Source: Candidatus Latescibacterota bacterium (GTDB lineage: Bacteria; Latescibacterota; UBA2968; SICM01). Taken from it: a DNA stretch of 64,000 nt. The notes under the pieces were generated by a model, which did no database searches, was not told the origin of the DNA, and worked only from the letters and a program-made list of their open reading frames with translations. Shown in pieces: positions 10,810-20,463 of this stretch (within the stretch, counting starts at the first letter, position 1; each line of letters starts with the position of its first letter). The stretch spans positions 1,568,001-1,632,000 of the forward strand of contig CBDCJO010000002.1 of the NCBI GenBank assembly GCA_965217865.1, written 5' to 3'. A program made the translations under genes and the position numbers.

Positions 10810-11550
10810 TCAATCCTCGCGCAAAAAGTCGTGGACGATTTCTCCGTAGCCTTCCGTGTAATCCATTTCCAGGTAGTACGCCCCATAATACTCCCGCGGG
10901 ACAAAGGCGGAGAGATCGTAGGTGGGCATCGGGTTGAACTCCACGAGGCCCTCTCCGGCGCGACATTCGTGGACTGTGACATCTGCGATCACTCGGGAGC
11001 AATCGATAATCTGCATCACTTCGGCGCCTTCTCGGTCGGCTCGGGGGATGACCTTGAGACGCCAGCCGGGGTCCAGTTTCGGCATATCCTCGAACGCCGC
11101 TTCCCGGGTCATCGTGGACCGAATGCTCATCGCAGAGACGCCGGCCAACCAGGTGTTCGTATACATCACCCTTTCGTCCATCGCGACCTCGAGTTCGGCA
11201 AAAACTTTCGGCGTCCCATAAATCTCACGGCCGGCCGGAATGCTGGATCGGGAATTGAGGAAGGCGACGGGCACAAAGTAACCCGTCTTCCCCTCCCACG
11301 TGCATTTGACAACGAGAAAGCTTTCGTCGAACTTGCCGTAGTTCGCCGCCCAGGGAATGGAGAGGCCGACTGCGGCGCAGAAGCCGTCTTCCGAGGGTTC
11401 GAAGCAGGCGGGCAAAACCCCATCAACCGCTGATACGTCTGCCCGGAAATAGACGAACTGGAATCGCGCATTTCGGTAGCGAGAAGGGAGTTTGGGATAA
11501 TAAGGAGAAAAAGCCGGCATGTTAGCGATCTCATCCAGTGGAATGGCCAT
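10810..11550 (-). CDS. Acetoacetate decarboxylase family protein
   Basis: GREIYGTPK Schiff-base lysine motif. Confidence 0.9.
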   Translation of the reverse strand: MAIPLDEIANMPAFSPYYPKLPSRYRNARFQFVYFRADVSAVDGVLPACFEPSEDGFCAAVGLSIPWAANYGKFDESFLVVKCTWEGKTGYFVPVAFLNSRSSIPAGREIYGTPKVFAELEVAMDERVMYTNTWLAGVSAMSIRSTMTREAAFEDMPKLDPGWRLKVIPRADREGAEVMQIIDCSRVIADVTVHECRAGEGLVEFNPMPTYDLSAFVPREYYGAYYLEMDYTEGYGEIVHDFLRED

Positions 11551-11656
11551 AAAAGTTCTCCTTGTTCATTGAATATGAATATCGGAGAAATATTGAAACA
11601 ACCAGGACTTTTTTCTAGTCCAACTGATCTCGTTTCAATGTTCTTCTCTTCAATCT

Positions 11657-12658
11657 TCAATTTTGCTCTATACCTCTCTCCCACGGCACATCAATTCCAA
11701 GTTCCCCCGCAAGCTTCTCCAATTTTTGTCGATGTTCCCGCCCCACCGGAATCCCCTCCTCCCAGTAAGCCCGCTCCCGCTCTGCCTCCGGACCCCCCGG
11801 CAAGTAAGCCCGGTCAAAACCCTCAAGGGGCTTCGTGGTCCGGACCCATCGCACGTATTCAGCCATCTCGGCCTTGAATTCTTCGGGTTCCCTGAACAGT
11901 TCGATCCGGAAGGTTAAAACCAGCGATCCCTGGTACGCATGTTTATATTCCCGGGGCGTACGTGCATCGTCCATCGACAAGCCCGCCAGCAGGCCTCCCC
12001 AGGACTGACAGATCGCCCCCAATCCGATCGAACGGAGGACGACCCCGGGCGCCATCCGGGCGATCTCGTCGCGATTGGGAGAGCTGGAATAAAAATCGTG
12101 CATCGCCCCGAAGTCAAGCACCAGAGGGTCCTCTTTCCCAGCAGGTACGGAAAATGAGATCGGAGATCCGCCGCCGGCGCTGTAAATCGATGCGCCGGGC
12201 GACGTTCCCATCTGGTGGCCGGACGTGACAAAGGACACCAGATCGTGCTCAAGCGTGAGACGTGAATAGATCCCGGCCGCCCCGATGTGGCCGTGGTTGC
12301 GGCTTGCCATCACACCAATTCCCTGTGCCCGGGCCTTCTCGATGGCCCGGAGGGTGCCTTCGTAGGCCGGGAAGTAGCCGAGTCCTCCGTCCCCGTCCAT
12401 CAGCAGGCTCACCGGGGTTTCCTTCAGGACGGTTACCTCAGGTTTGTTGTTCAAACTCCTATCCCGCATCAGGATCGCATATGCCGAAATCTGCGCCGTC
12501 CCGTGGCTGAAATTACCTCTCAGATCGTTGGCCGTCAACAATTCCGCAAGGAGGGAAGATTTATCATCGGGCAAACCCACCGCCTGACCTGCTTTCCGAA
12601 CAAAGGCCTGGAGATCCCGGTGGGGGATCCGGATAAACGTCTCAGGCGGTCTATTCAT
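11657..12658 (-). CDS. Ldh_2 (malate/L-lactate/sulfolactate dehydrogenase-like) oxidoreductase
   Basis: DLRGNFSHG, DGDGGLG, NHGHIGAAG and YLPG..E motifs. Confidence 0.9.
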   Translation of the reverse strand: MNRPPETFIRIPHRDLQAFVRKAGQAVGLPDDKSSLLAELLTANDLRGNFSHGTAQISAYAILMRDRSLNNKPEVTVLKETPVSLLMDGDGGLGYFPAYEGTLRAIEKARAQGIGVMASRNHGHIGAAGIYSRLTLEHDLVSFVTSGHQMGTSPGASIYSAGGGSPISFSVPAGKEDPLVLDFGAMHDFYSSSPNRDEIARMAPGVVLRSIGLGAICQSWGGLLAGLSMDDARTPREYKHAYQGSLVLTFRIELFREPEEFKAEMAEYVRWVRTTKPLEGFDRAYLPGGPEAERERAYWEEGIPVGREHRQKLEKLAGELGIDVPWERGIEQN

Positions 12659-12676
12659 CTGATGGTCCCGTCCCCT

Positions 12677-13837
12677 TTAAGCGTCCGTCTCGATTCTCGC
12701 CCATCGCATGTGGGTCAGGCTGGCGTATGTACACCACCAGGTGGCAAGCAGTTCTCCGTTCATCGTCGTGATCATGGAAGGTGCGCCAAATGCGATGGTG
12801 TCGTGACTCCGGGGGTACCGATCGGGGCGGCTCAGGCCGATATGTGTCCAACCGGTCGCGTCCCATACGCGGATCTGATCCTTCAGATCCCATGTCCGGC
12901 CGCCATCCGGGGAGAGCACGACCATAAACCCGGGCATGTCGCTTTCACGCAAGGTATAGATCGCGGCCAGGCGTCCATCGGGCAGTTCCGTGGTTTTGTT
13001 CGTTTGGCCCGGGATCGAGGTGGGCTTCGGAGGTTCCCATCCCCGGCCGTCGGGATCGGCGTATGCATAATGGATCGGAAGATCGACGGGCCCCTGGTCG
13101 GTCATATTCGCCGACCAGAAGAGCGAAAACAGGCGGTCGTCGGAGAGCCGCGTCGCACGGCCGTGCCAGAATCCCTTGCCCTCCGCAGCACCATCGGCGA
13201 TTACGACCCTATCTTTCCATGTCTTCCCACGATCGTCGGAGAAGAACCCGAGCATGCGGGGTTTGTAGGGTCCCGGATCGTCGAACGCGGACCACTCGTC
13301 GAAGGTTGCGAGCCAGCGGCCGTCCGCGAGCTCGATAATCGATTGGGCGGCTGTCGCCACCATTCCTTCCGGGAGGGACATGACGGCCGGTTCGGACCAC
13401 GTGCGACCGCTGTCCCGTGAGGTGAAGAGGAGCGGGTCGTTCGCGATCAGTCCGCCGCCTTCACTGAAGAAGGGACTATCAGGATCAGACCGGTCCGCCC
13501 GAAAGGGGCATACCACCAGAGCCCCGTCGAGCATCCGGGAGATGAAAGTGGCGTGGTAAGAATATGGCCGGTCGTCTTTCGAAGTGTCCCAAAGATAACC
13601 TTCGTCCCGCCATGTCGCGCCGCCGTCTGTGGAGCGGAGCATGGCGATATTGCTGTTTGTCGCGTAGATTCCGCTCCCACGCTGGTAGATACAGATGAAT
13701 TCCTGGGGGGAGATCTGGACCACGTTCGGGAAGAAGGCGGAGAAGTGCTGATGCGCGGGATCGGGGTTGATGAACAGGATGCCGCTGTCAACGATGTGAA
13801 GGTTGGACAAGGTTGAATTCTCCGATGCCGTGTTCAT
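12677..13837 (-). CDS. BNR/Asp-box sialidase-family protein
   Basis: Asp boxes STDGGATW, SRDSGRTW, SDDRGKTW, SPDGGRTW. Confidence 0.85.
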   Translation of the reverse strand: MNTASENSTLSNLHIVDSGILFINPDPAHQHFSAFFPNVVQISPQEFICIYQRGSGIYATNSNIAMLRSTDGGATWRDEGYLWDTSKDDRPYSYHATFISRMLDGALVVCPFRADRSDPDSPFFSEGGGLIANDPLLFTSRDSGRTWSEPAVMSLPEGMVATAAQSIIELADGRWLATFDEWSAFDDPGPYKPRMLGFFSDDRGKTWKDRVVIADGAAEGKGFWHGRATRLSDDRLFSLFWSANMTDQGPVDLPIHYAYADPDGRGWEPPKPTSIPGQTNKTTELPDGRLAAIYTLRESDMPGFMVVLSPDGGRTWDLKDQIRVWDATGWTHIGLSRPDRYPRSHDTIAFGAPSMITTMNGELLATWWCTYASLTHMRWARIETDA

Positions 13838-13904
13838 GATGGGTTATGAAGGCCGTATCTCGAAAAAGCTCAGGAAAATTGTTTTAGCTCTTCCGCTTCA
13901 CGCT

Positions 13905-14360
13905 TCACGGTTTATTGGGTTTTCTGGTCAGGACGTAACGATCTTCTGCTTGCCGATAAAAGGCCTTCACGAATCTCCTCTCTTTAAATCCCCACTTTTC
14001 GTAGAGTGAAATCGCGGCTTTGTTATCCGGATCGACCGTAAGAAAGGTCCTCAGGTTTTGTTCGTCGATATCTTTGAGCAGAACCTCAAAAAGTTTGCTT
14101 CCTATCTCTTTTCCTCTGAATTCCTTTTTTACAAAGACTTTGTGTATGCAGTAGTCGCCGTTTACGCACGGGATCGCCAGGATCGCCCCAGCGATTCGAG
14201 AATCTATTTCCGCGCAAAACACGACGGCATGTTCCATCCAGATTCTCCATATATGTTCCCCGTCCGGGATGAATTCGTGGTTTTTGCCTTCGGTCCAGGC
14301 CTCTCGATCTAGAGCGGCGATTTCAAGGAAATCCTGTGGGACTGCCTGTCTTATCTGCAT
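13905..14360 (-). CDS. GNAT N-acetyltransferase
   Basis: VKKEFRGKEIG and NKAAISLYEKWGF motifs. Confidence 0.9.
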   Translation of the reverse strand: MQIRQAVPQDFLEIAALDREAWTEGKNHEFIPDGEHIWRIWMEHAVVFCAEIDSRIAGAILAIPCVNGDYCIHKVFVKKEFRGKEIGSKLFEVLLKDIDEQNLRTFLTVDPDNKAAISLYEKWGFKERRFVKAFYRQAEDRYVLTRKPNKP

Positions 14361-14502
14361 GTCTCAGTTCCTTTTTATACCCAAGAAATGGGGGGGGGGG
14401 TGGAGAAAGGACATATCTCGTATTTCGCCTGTACGTCAGCTGGTATGGGTTGAACCCCTCAGAAGCGGTTCGGAGTCTATTTGAACTCAGCCCTGGGGCC
14501 TT

Positions 14503-15336
14503 TCAGCCCTTAGAGCGTTTCGGTGGGGCTGCCGACACACCTTGCAACCCCCCGCTGACCCTAAGCACCTCACCTGTAATCCAGGACGCCGCCGGGCTGC
14601 AGAGAAAGGCTACACACTGAGCAATGTCGGCCGGCTCCCCCCACCGGCCCAGCGGAACGGCTTTCCGGACGCGCTCGATCATCTCCTCTTCGGTGATGCC
14701 GAGGCTCTCGCTCCGCTGCGCCATGTTCCGCTTGTTGAACTCCGTGTAAACAGGACCCGGGCATATCGCGTTGACTCGCACGCAGTAAGCGGCCAACTCC
14801 ACGGCAAGCGTCCTTGTCAGGCTGATTATACCCGTCTTGGCAACGTTGTAGGCCGCTACCAGGGCAGCCGGATTCTGGCCGTTGATCGATGAGATGTTGA
14901 CGATGCACCCCGACTCCTGACGCTCCATGATCCTGCCGGCCGCGCGGCAGCAATAAAACGCCCCTGTCAAAGTGGCGTCCAGCACGCGCGCCCACTCCTG
15001 GTCGCTCAACTCCACAATGGGGGCCACGGTCTGGCCGACGCCGGCGTTGTTGACCAGGATATCCAGCCGTCCGTGTTCGTCGATCACTCCATCAAAAAAA
15101 GCATTCACACCGGTGCTATCCGTAACATCCAGGTATCCCGCATGCACGTTGGAACCCTGTCCTCGCAGTCCTTCGGCCTCCCTCTGGGCCTTTTCGAGCT
15201 GCAAGTCGGCGATTATCACCGAGGCGCCACTGCCGGCCAACTCCCCTGCCATACCCAGTCCCAGGCCCTGGGCCGCCCCGGTTACCACAGCGATAGAGCC
15301 ATCGAGCCTGTGTGAAGAACTCACATTTTCGCTCAT
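14503..15336 (-). CDS. SDR-family NAD(P)-dependent oxidoreductase
   Basis: TGAAQGLG, NNAG and YNVAK motifs. Confidence 0.95.
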   Translation of the reverse strand: MSENVSSSHRLDGSIAVVTGAAQGLGLGMAGELAGSGASVIIADLQLEKAQREAEGLRGQGSNVHAGYLDVTDSTGVNAFFDGVIDEHGRLDILVNNAGVGQTVAPIVELSDQEWARVLDATLTGAFYCCRAAGRIMERQESGCIVNISSINGQNPAALVAAYNVAKTGIISLTRTLAVELAAYCVRVNAICPGPVYTEFNKRNMAQRSESLGITEEEMIERVRKAVPLGRWGEPADIAQCVAFLCSPAASWITGEVLRVSGGLQGVSAAPPKRSKG

Positions 15337-15346
15337 GCGGGAAGCC

Positions 15347-15495
15347 TCAATCCTTATAGGGCCAGGGGACCTTTGAAAACATGCCACCGTCGACATAGAG
15401 GATCTGCCCAGTTATAAAACCGGCCTTCTCCCCGGCGAGGAAGACCACGGCTTGGGCAACGTCTTCAACATTTCCGACACGCCTTATTGGGCATG
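15347..15495 (-). pseudogene. C-terminal remnant of a second SDR, frameshifted
   Basis: Manual translation: CPIRRVGNVEDVAQAVVFLA / EKAGFITGQILYVDGGMFSKVPWPYKD*. Confidence 0.75.
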
Positions 15496-15515
15496 AACAG
15501 CCCGTGCCTTATCTA

Positions 15516-16634
15516 TCATCCATAGACGCGGATTCTCGCCCAGTGAATGTCCATCTCGGTTTCGGTCCCGGCATAATATACAACGAGGACGTCGCCGTTC
15601 GGAAGGGGATCCGCGAAGGGAAGCCCGAAGGACCAGACGGCCAGGCCGAGGGCGCCAGCCTGATCGGTGTCGCTTGTAGCCCCCTCCCGGTGCCGGTAGA
15701 TCACCACCTCGCTTTCGGGTTCGAAGGGGGCATCGACAGACGGGGCGACGCGGGCGCGGATGGTCTGGGTCCCGAACCGGTCGACCCAGGGAAGCACGAC
15801 ACGGCCATCGGGCAAGATCGCGGGATGGCCGGCCTGATCGGTGAATCCCAGGTCTTCAGCGGGGGACCAGGTCCGGCCATTGTCCGTACTGATGCGGCGG
15901 TGGATGTTCAGGTATTCGCGTGTCTCGGAATTGTAGGTCCAGGCGAAGGTCACGACGCGTCCGTCCGGCGCTACCCCTGTCCGCAGGTCCCAGTTGAAAA
16001 TCCGGCCGGTGGGATCGAACCCTGCGATCGATGGCGGGCCCCAGGTTCGTCCGGCATCGGTTGAATGGAACATGACCACGCGTTGCATCCACCTGGAATC
16101 GTCCTCGTAGGATTTACTCTCTTCGACGCTCATAGCCATCGACCCGTCGGCCAGGAGCAGAATCGGATTTGTGATGCCCGCGGGACCGAACTCCTTGGGC
16201 ATGGGCATTTCCCTAAACGGGGACCAGGTTTCGCCGAAGTCCTCCGAGTCGGCCAGCAGATTTGCCATGGGCAGGCACCCTTCGGTGTCGGGATTGAAGA
16301 GGCCTCCTCCCGGATAGGTTTCCCGGTCGACCCAGACCATGCCGGCGATCAGCTGTCCGGGCGCGTGCTCGGTCAGATTACAGACCCTCAAGGAGCCCTT
16401 CAAGCCCCGCACAAAGGGTGACCCGAAGGGGCGGCGGGGAGCGCTCCACGTCGCACCCCCATCGGCTGAACGACAGAACTCAATGGTTCCGTCAGCGGAG
16501 TCTTTATCTGCTCCGGACCGACAGGTGGCCAGAAGCGTTCCGTTCGAAAGAGAGACTAGAGTCGGAAACGAAAGGGTCGCGCGCGATGTCCCGGGATCGC
16601 TTCGGTTCAGGATGCCGGTGTCGAGGATGTGCAT
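15516..16634 (-). CDS. BNR/Asp-box sialidase-family protein
   Basis: Asp boxes SADGGATW, SEDFGETW, STDAGRTW, STDNGRTW. Confidence 0.85.
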   Translation of the reverse strand: MHILDTGILNRSDPGTSRATLSFPTLVSLSNGTLLATCRSGADKDSADGTIEFCRSADGGATWSAPRRPFGSPFVRGLKGSLRVCNLTEHAPGQLIAGMVWVDRETYPGGGLFNPDTEGCLPMANLLADSEDFGETWSPFREMPMPKEFGPAGITNPILLLADGSMAMSVEESKSYEDDSRWMQRVVMFHSTDAGRTWGPPSIAGFDPTGRIFNWDLRTGVAPDGRVVTFAWTYNSETREYLNIHRRISTDNGRTWSPAEDLGFTDQAGHPAILPDGRVVLPWVDRFGTQTIRARVAPSVDAPFEPESEVVIYRHREGATSDTDQAGALGLAVWSFGLPFADPLPNGDVLVVYYAGTETEMDIHWARIRVYG

Positions 16635-16817
16635 GGGAGGCCCCAGTGGGAAATGAAAAATGAAAAATGAAAAGTGGAAAAGTCAGGGGCCAGAGATCAG
16701 GGGTCAGGGCCTACGAAGCCGGTCATGTGGAGAAAATGATTCTCAGCTGCCACAACTAAACGTCATAAGTATTTGCGCATACATGAAAGCTTTTAGTGAG
16801 TCAAGATTGAACAAAAT

Positions 16818-17416
16818 TTAATTTTTTGTATGTCGAGCTTCAGCCTCAGCGATAGCCTTCAGCGCTTCGTTTATTGCTTGAAATCCCTGTTTTGTTCCAG
16901 CTTCTATGCTACCCCATAATAATAACGCAAGTATTCCCCTGAATTTCTCCCCGTGAATGAATCGAATTTTCCCATCCGATAACTCTTCAATTTTGAAGTA
17001 GTGATCGCCATCAAACAAACCAGGCATTAATACCCGTCCTATCCATCTTAGTTCTTCACCGATTGTTTCGAAAGTCGTACTGTATTCTTATGTCCTGAAC
17101 GATTGCTTTTGGGTATTTGAGCGTCCTTCGACTGCGTCTCCCAAACACCGGGGGGGCCCGCTCAGGATGTAGTCGAAAAGAACACTCAAAATCAGACCTG
17201 TGACGAATACCCGCCAGGACAAGATAACATCCTGAGCCCCCTTCGACTCCACTTCGTTCCGCTCATGGCTAGGGCTTCGACAACCTCAGGGTAAACTCCG
17301 CGGCGCCCCAACGCAGCGTAGTCGAAGGATGACTCGCGATTGTTAGTTCGCCCGATATACTTTTAATGAATGGGTTCCACTCAGGGTATTGTTTAAAGCC
17401 TATCAAATGACTCCAT
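16818..17416 (-). pseudogene. SRPBCC (polyketide cyclase-like) pseudogene split by a 269-bp insertion
   Basis: WSHLIGFKQYPEWNPFIKSISGELTI, then the insertion, then GEELRWIGRVLMPGLFDGDHYF..HGEKFRG..GFQAINEALK; low GC. Confidence 0.8.
17068..17336. mobile_element. Non-coding inserted element containing nested REP-like palindromes
   Basis: Flanked by the direct repeat CGATTGTT (17060-67 and 17337-44); several CTTCGAC..GCTCAGG / CCTGAGC..GTCGAAG units; similar unit at 5400-5419. Confidence 0.65.
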
Positions 17417-17551
17417 CTTGATCGTTGTCCAGGGAACGAGGTCACAGAGAAGGTGGAAGAGGTGTCCACTCTTGGCGAAATGGAAGCGAAACGCTTCGGA
17501 TAATATGCGCAATTAGTTAAGTCGTTACATCTCATTCCGGGCTTCCCTGAA

Positions 17552-18949
17552 TCACTGGTTCCCCCCCTTTGTGGATTCCGGAGGGTGGTAGGGGACTTCC
17601 GAGATGCAGTAGAGGTGATCCTGTCCCCGAAGGAACAGATCGTTGTCGACAAGAGCGGCCGAGGCGTTGAAGCTGTCGTCGAGCCGGTTTTGTGCCAGGA
17701 CCGTAGGGGTCTCATCGTGCTTGATCACCAGGGTTGTGCCTTCGCGGTCAGTGATGTAGACGCGGCCGTCGGCGCCAACCGGTGAGGCGTAAACATTGCG
17801 GATGCCGCCAAGCCGAAACGGACCGCCTTGATCTTTTCCGGTTCTCGCGTTCACGCGCGAAAGGATGCCCTGGTAGTGGCGAAGGAAATAGAGCGTGTCT
17901 CCATAAAGCAGGGGGGATGGCACGTAGGGTGTGGCCTGGCTGCGGGTCCAGGCAATCCGGTCGGTTCCGGTGATGTCGCCAACGGCCCCGTCGAGGCGTA
18001 TGGCCAGGAATGCCCGTATTTCATAGCTGCTGCCGGCGAACACCATCCCGTCCCATGCCACGGGTGAGGCGACGATGTTCGCTGACAATCCGCCGCACTC
18101 CCATATGGCCGTACCCGTGGAAAGGTCGTAACCGCGAACACGGCCTGTGCCGCTAATGATGACCTGGGGCCGGTCTTCGTGCTCGACGACGATCGGAGTG
18201 GCCCAGGAGGTGACCTCGTCACGCGGGGTCTTCCAGCGCTGTTTTCCAGTGCGCTTGTCGAAAGCGACCACGAAGGAGTCGCCTTCGTGATCCCAGTTGA
18301 TGATCAGCGTATCGCGGTAAAGCGCAGGGGAACTTCCTTCCCCGTGTGCGTGCTTGGTCTGCATCTCGCCAAGGTCGGTTTTCCACAACAGCTCGCCGTC
18401 CATGTCGAGGCAATAGAGGCCGTAGGAGCCGAAGTAGGCAAACAGGTGCTCTCCGTCGGTGACGGGCGAGTGGGACGCGAGGGTTCCGGTGACATGACCC
18501 GCGTCGTGCGGGAGTTCCCGGTGGACGGTCCGCTGCCACAGGATCGTTCCGTCACTTCGTCTGACTGCGAGGACCACAAACTTCTGGGGGTGCGTCACAG
18601 GAAGATTGTCGTGCGTGCCGTGGGCGTCGCTGTAGCGGGGATCCAACGCGTCCCCATAGGCGACGGCCGTGGTGACGAAGATACGGTCCGCCCAGACGAT
18701 GGGCGTGGAATGACCACGACCCGGAAGGGGGATCTTCCAGCGGATGTTTTTCGTCTCGCTCCATTCCACGGGTGGGTGGGCGTGCGGGGCGACGCCGGTG
18801 CTTAAGGGTCCACGCCATTCGGGCCAGTAGCGGTGGGATTCGCCGCTGTCGCTGAAGGCGTTTGTGGACAGGAGGGGGATTGTGAGGAGGAAGAGGATTG
18901 AGATCCTTCGCGCACGGGATCCAGGAGGGTTTTGGGGAGTAGTGATCAT
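17552..18949 (-). CDS. Secreted PQQ-binding-like beta-propeller protein
   Basis: Signal peptide, WPEWRGP, GHSTPIV and repeated ..D..TG...W motifs. Confidence 0.9.
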   Translation of the reverse strand: MITTPQNPPGSRARRISILFLLTIPLLSTNAFSDSGESHRYWPEWRGPLSTGVAPHAHPPVEWSETKNIRWKIPLPGRGHSTPIVWADRIFVTTAVAYGDALDPRYSDAHGTHDNLPVTHPQKFVVLAVRRSDGTILWQRTVHRELPHDAGHVTGTLASHSPVTDGEHLFAYFGSYGLYCLDMDGELLWKTDLGEMQTKHAHGEGSSPALYRDTLIINWDHEGDSFVVAFDKRTGKQRWKTPRDEVTSWATPIVVEHEDRPQVIISGTGRVRGYDLSTGTAIWECGGLSANIVASPVAWDGMVFAGSSYEIRAFLAIRLDGAVGDITGTDRIAWTRSQATPYVPSPLLYGDTLYFLRHYQGILSRVNARTGKDQGGPFRLGGIRNVYASPVGADGRVYITDREGTTLVIKHDETPTVLAQNRLDDSFNASAALVDNDLFLRGQDHLYCISEVPYHPPESTKGGNQ

Positions 18950-19033
18950 AAGGGAAAGATGAAAAATGATAAAGTCAGAGGTCGGTGGTCGGAGGCCAGA
19001 GGCCAGGGGAATCGAGGGGTCAGAGGCCAGAGG

Positions 19034-19252
19034 TCAGAGGTTGAGTTCGACACCCTCAAGGGATAGTCCCTCGGGTATGTAACTGGGATTGGAGGGGATC
19101 TTGCCGTTCAGGTAATCACAGGTTCGCTGATTGATTTCATCGGGAACGACACCCTGAAGGAGGAGGTAACCGTTTCGACAGTATTCGAGCACCTGGGAGT
19201 CGGTGAGGGTGGGGTCGCACGTGAAGGTACGGGTCGATTGGTTGTAATTCAT
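19034..19252 (-). pseudogene. Phytanoyl-CoA dioxygenase-family N-terminal fragment
   Basis: LTDSQVLEYCRNGYLLLQGVV, truncated where heptamer repeats begin. Confidence 0.7.
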
Positions 19253-19368
19253 AAGGGTTGACACATTTAGAAATGAAGGTTTTCAATTCGCATCTTTCAA
19301 TTTTTCTTTTCCCAAGGTTGGGTGCCCCAAAAGGAAAACCGGACAATGGCGAAGTTCAGGATGACGCT

Positions 19369-20352
19369 TCACGCCATCACTCTCAGGGTGGCCAGGAGCA
19401 GGTCGGCCCGTTTGGGGACCCCTCCCGCGTGGTCCTCCCCGCTGTACCAAACCATCAGCGCGCGATTGTCGTCGAGGGTCCAGAAGTGGGGATAGGATTC
19501 ATCTCCGCCACATTCCGTGATCATGTTCATCTTCCAGTGAAACTGTTTCGTCTCCGGATCGAACAGGAACAGTCCGGTGCGCCTAGGGCCCGGCTGATCG
19601 TCGGGAAAGTCCGCGGCGTACACCCGGCCGCTTACGAGGACCGTGTCACCGACGAGCCCGGCGGCGGGACCGCCCAATTTCACGCCGTCATAAGTCGTCC
19701 ATCGGGTGTAAGGCGGGGGTGCAACCGAAACTTTACTCTGCCTCGTGAAGGCCAGCAGGGTGTGGTCCCTGAGGAAGAGAAGGGCCGTCTCCGTGAAGGG
19801 CCCTTCGATGATGGTAGATGCTTTCTCCCAGTTCACCCCGTCCACCGATTTCAGCAGGTCCACCCGTGGATCACCGGTCATGACATCGGCGGCTACGTAG
19901 TGGACGCCTTCGTGGGACGCGGGCTTCCAGAACGAAAAGCCGTCGTCGTAAACCTGTACGGGCTCGCTCCAGGTCCGGGCGTCGTCACTCCATGTCACCA
20001 GGGTCCGCAGCCCTTCGGTTTCCGGTGAGTTCGGGGATGTCAGAACGAGGTAGATCATCATCCGATCGGGGGTCGTCAGAACGTGTCCTTCCTGTCCGTC
20101 GTCGGTTGAGGGACCGAATATATCCCCTACGGTCCAGCCTCCCGGTTCGCCCGGTTGCGAGGCGAGGATCCTGATAGCCCCGTCCGCAAAAGCGTGTCCC
20201 GACCCGGTGCGGAACGGGATGTAATAGCGGTCCTTCCAGAACACGACTGCGGCCCGGCCGTTCCATCTGCCGTCGGAATAGATCTTTTCCACGCGCTCCA
20301 GGAGGACGTCCGGGTTTCGTGATTCGTCGTTCGTGATTCGTGATTCGCACAT
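19369..20352 (-). CDS. Exo-sialidase-like beta-propeller protein
   Basis: SDDARTWS and SVDGVNW Asp boxes, GGDESYP; start uncertain. Confidence 0.75.
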   Translation of the reverse strand: MCESRITNDESRNPDVLLERVEKIYSDGRWNGRAAVVFWKDRYYIPFRTGSGHAFADGAIRILASQPGEPGGWTVGDIFGPSTDDGQEGHVLTTPDRMMIYLVLTSPNSPETEGLRTLVTWSDDARTWSEPVQVYDDGFSFWKPASHEGVHYVAADVMTGDPRVDLLKSVDGVNWEKASTIIEGPFTETALLFLRDHTLLAFTRQSKVSVAPPPYTRWTTYDGVKLGGPAAGLVGDTVLVSGRVYAADFPDDQPGPRRTGLFLFDPETKQFHWKMNMITECGGDESYPHFWTLDDNRALMVWYSGEDHAGGVPKRADLLLATLRVMA

Positions 20353-20463
20353 ACTCGTTACCGCCTTTCGTTTTCGGTCTACGATTTCAATTTTCCATTC
20401 GTATGAAAAAGGTTGTCCCGACTTTACGAACCCCGAATCACGAACCACAGTTTTCCAGGCAGC

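Noticed and set aside
14390-14400. G11 homopolymer upstream of the GNAT gene
   Set aside because: Intergenic, with no evidence of phase-variable promoter spacing; may be an assembly artefact
17497-17516. GGATAATATGCGCAATTAG, similar to the putative IS1595 end at 411-431
   Set aside because: Short imperfect match with no transposase or partner end nearby
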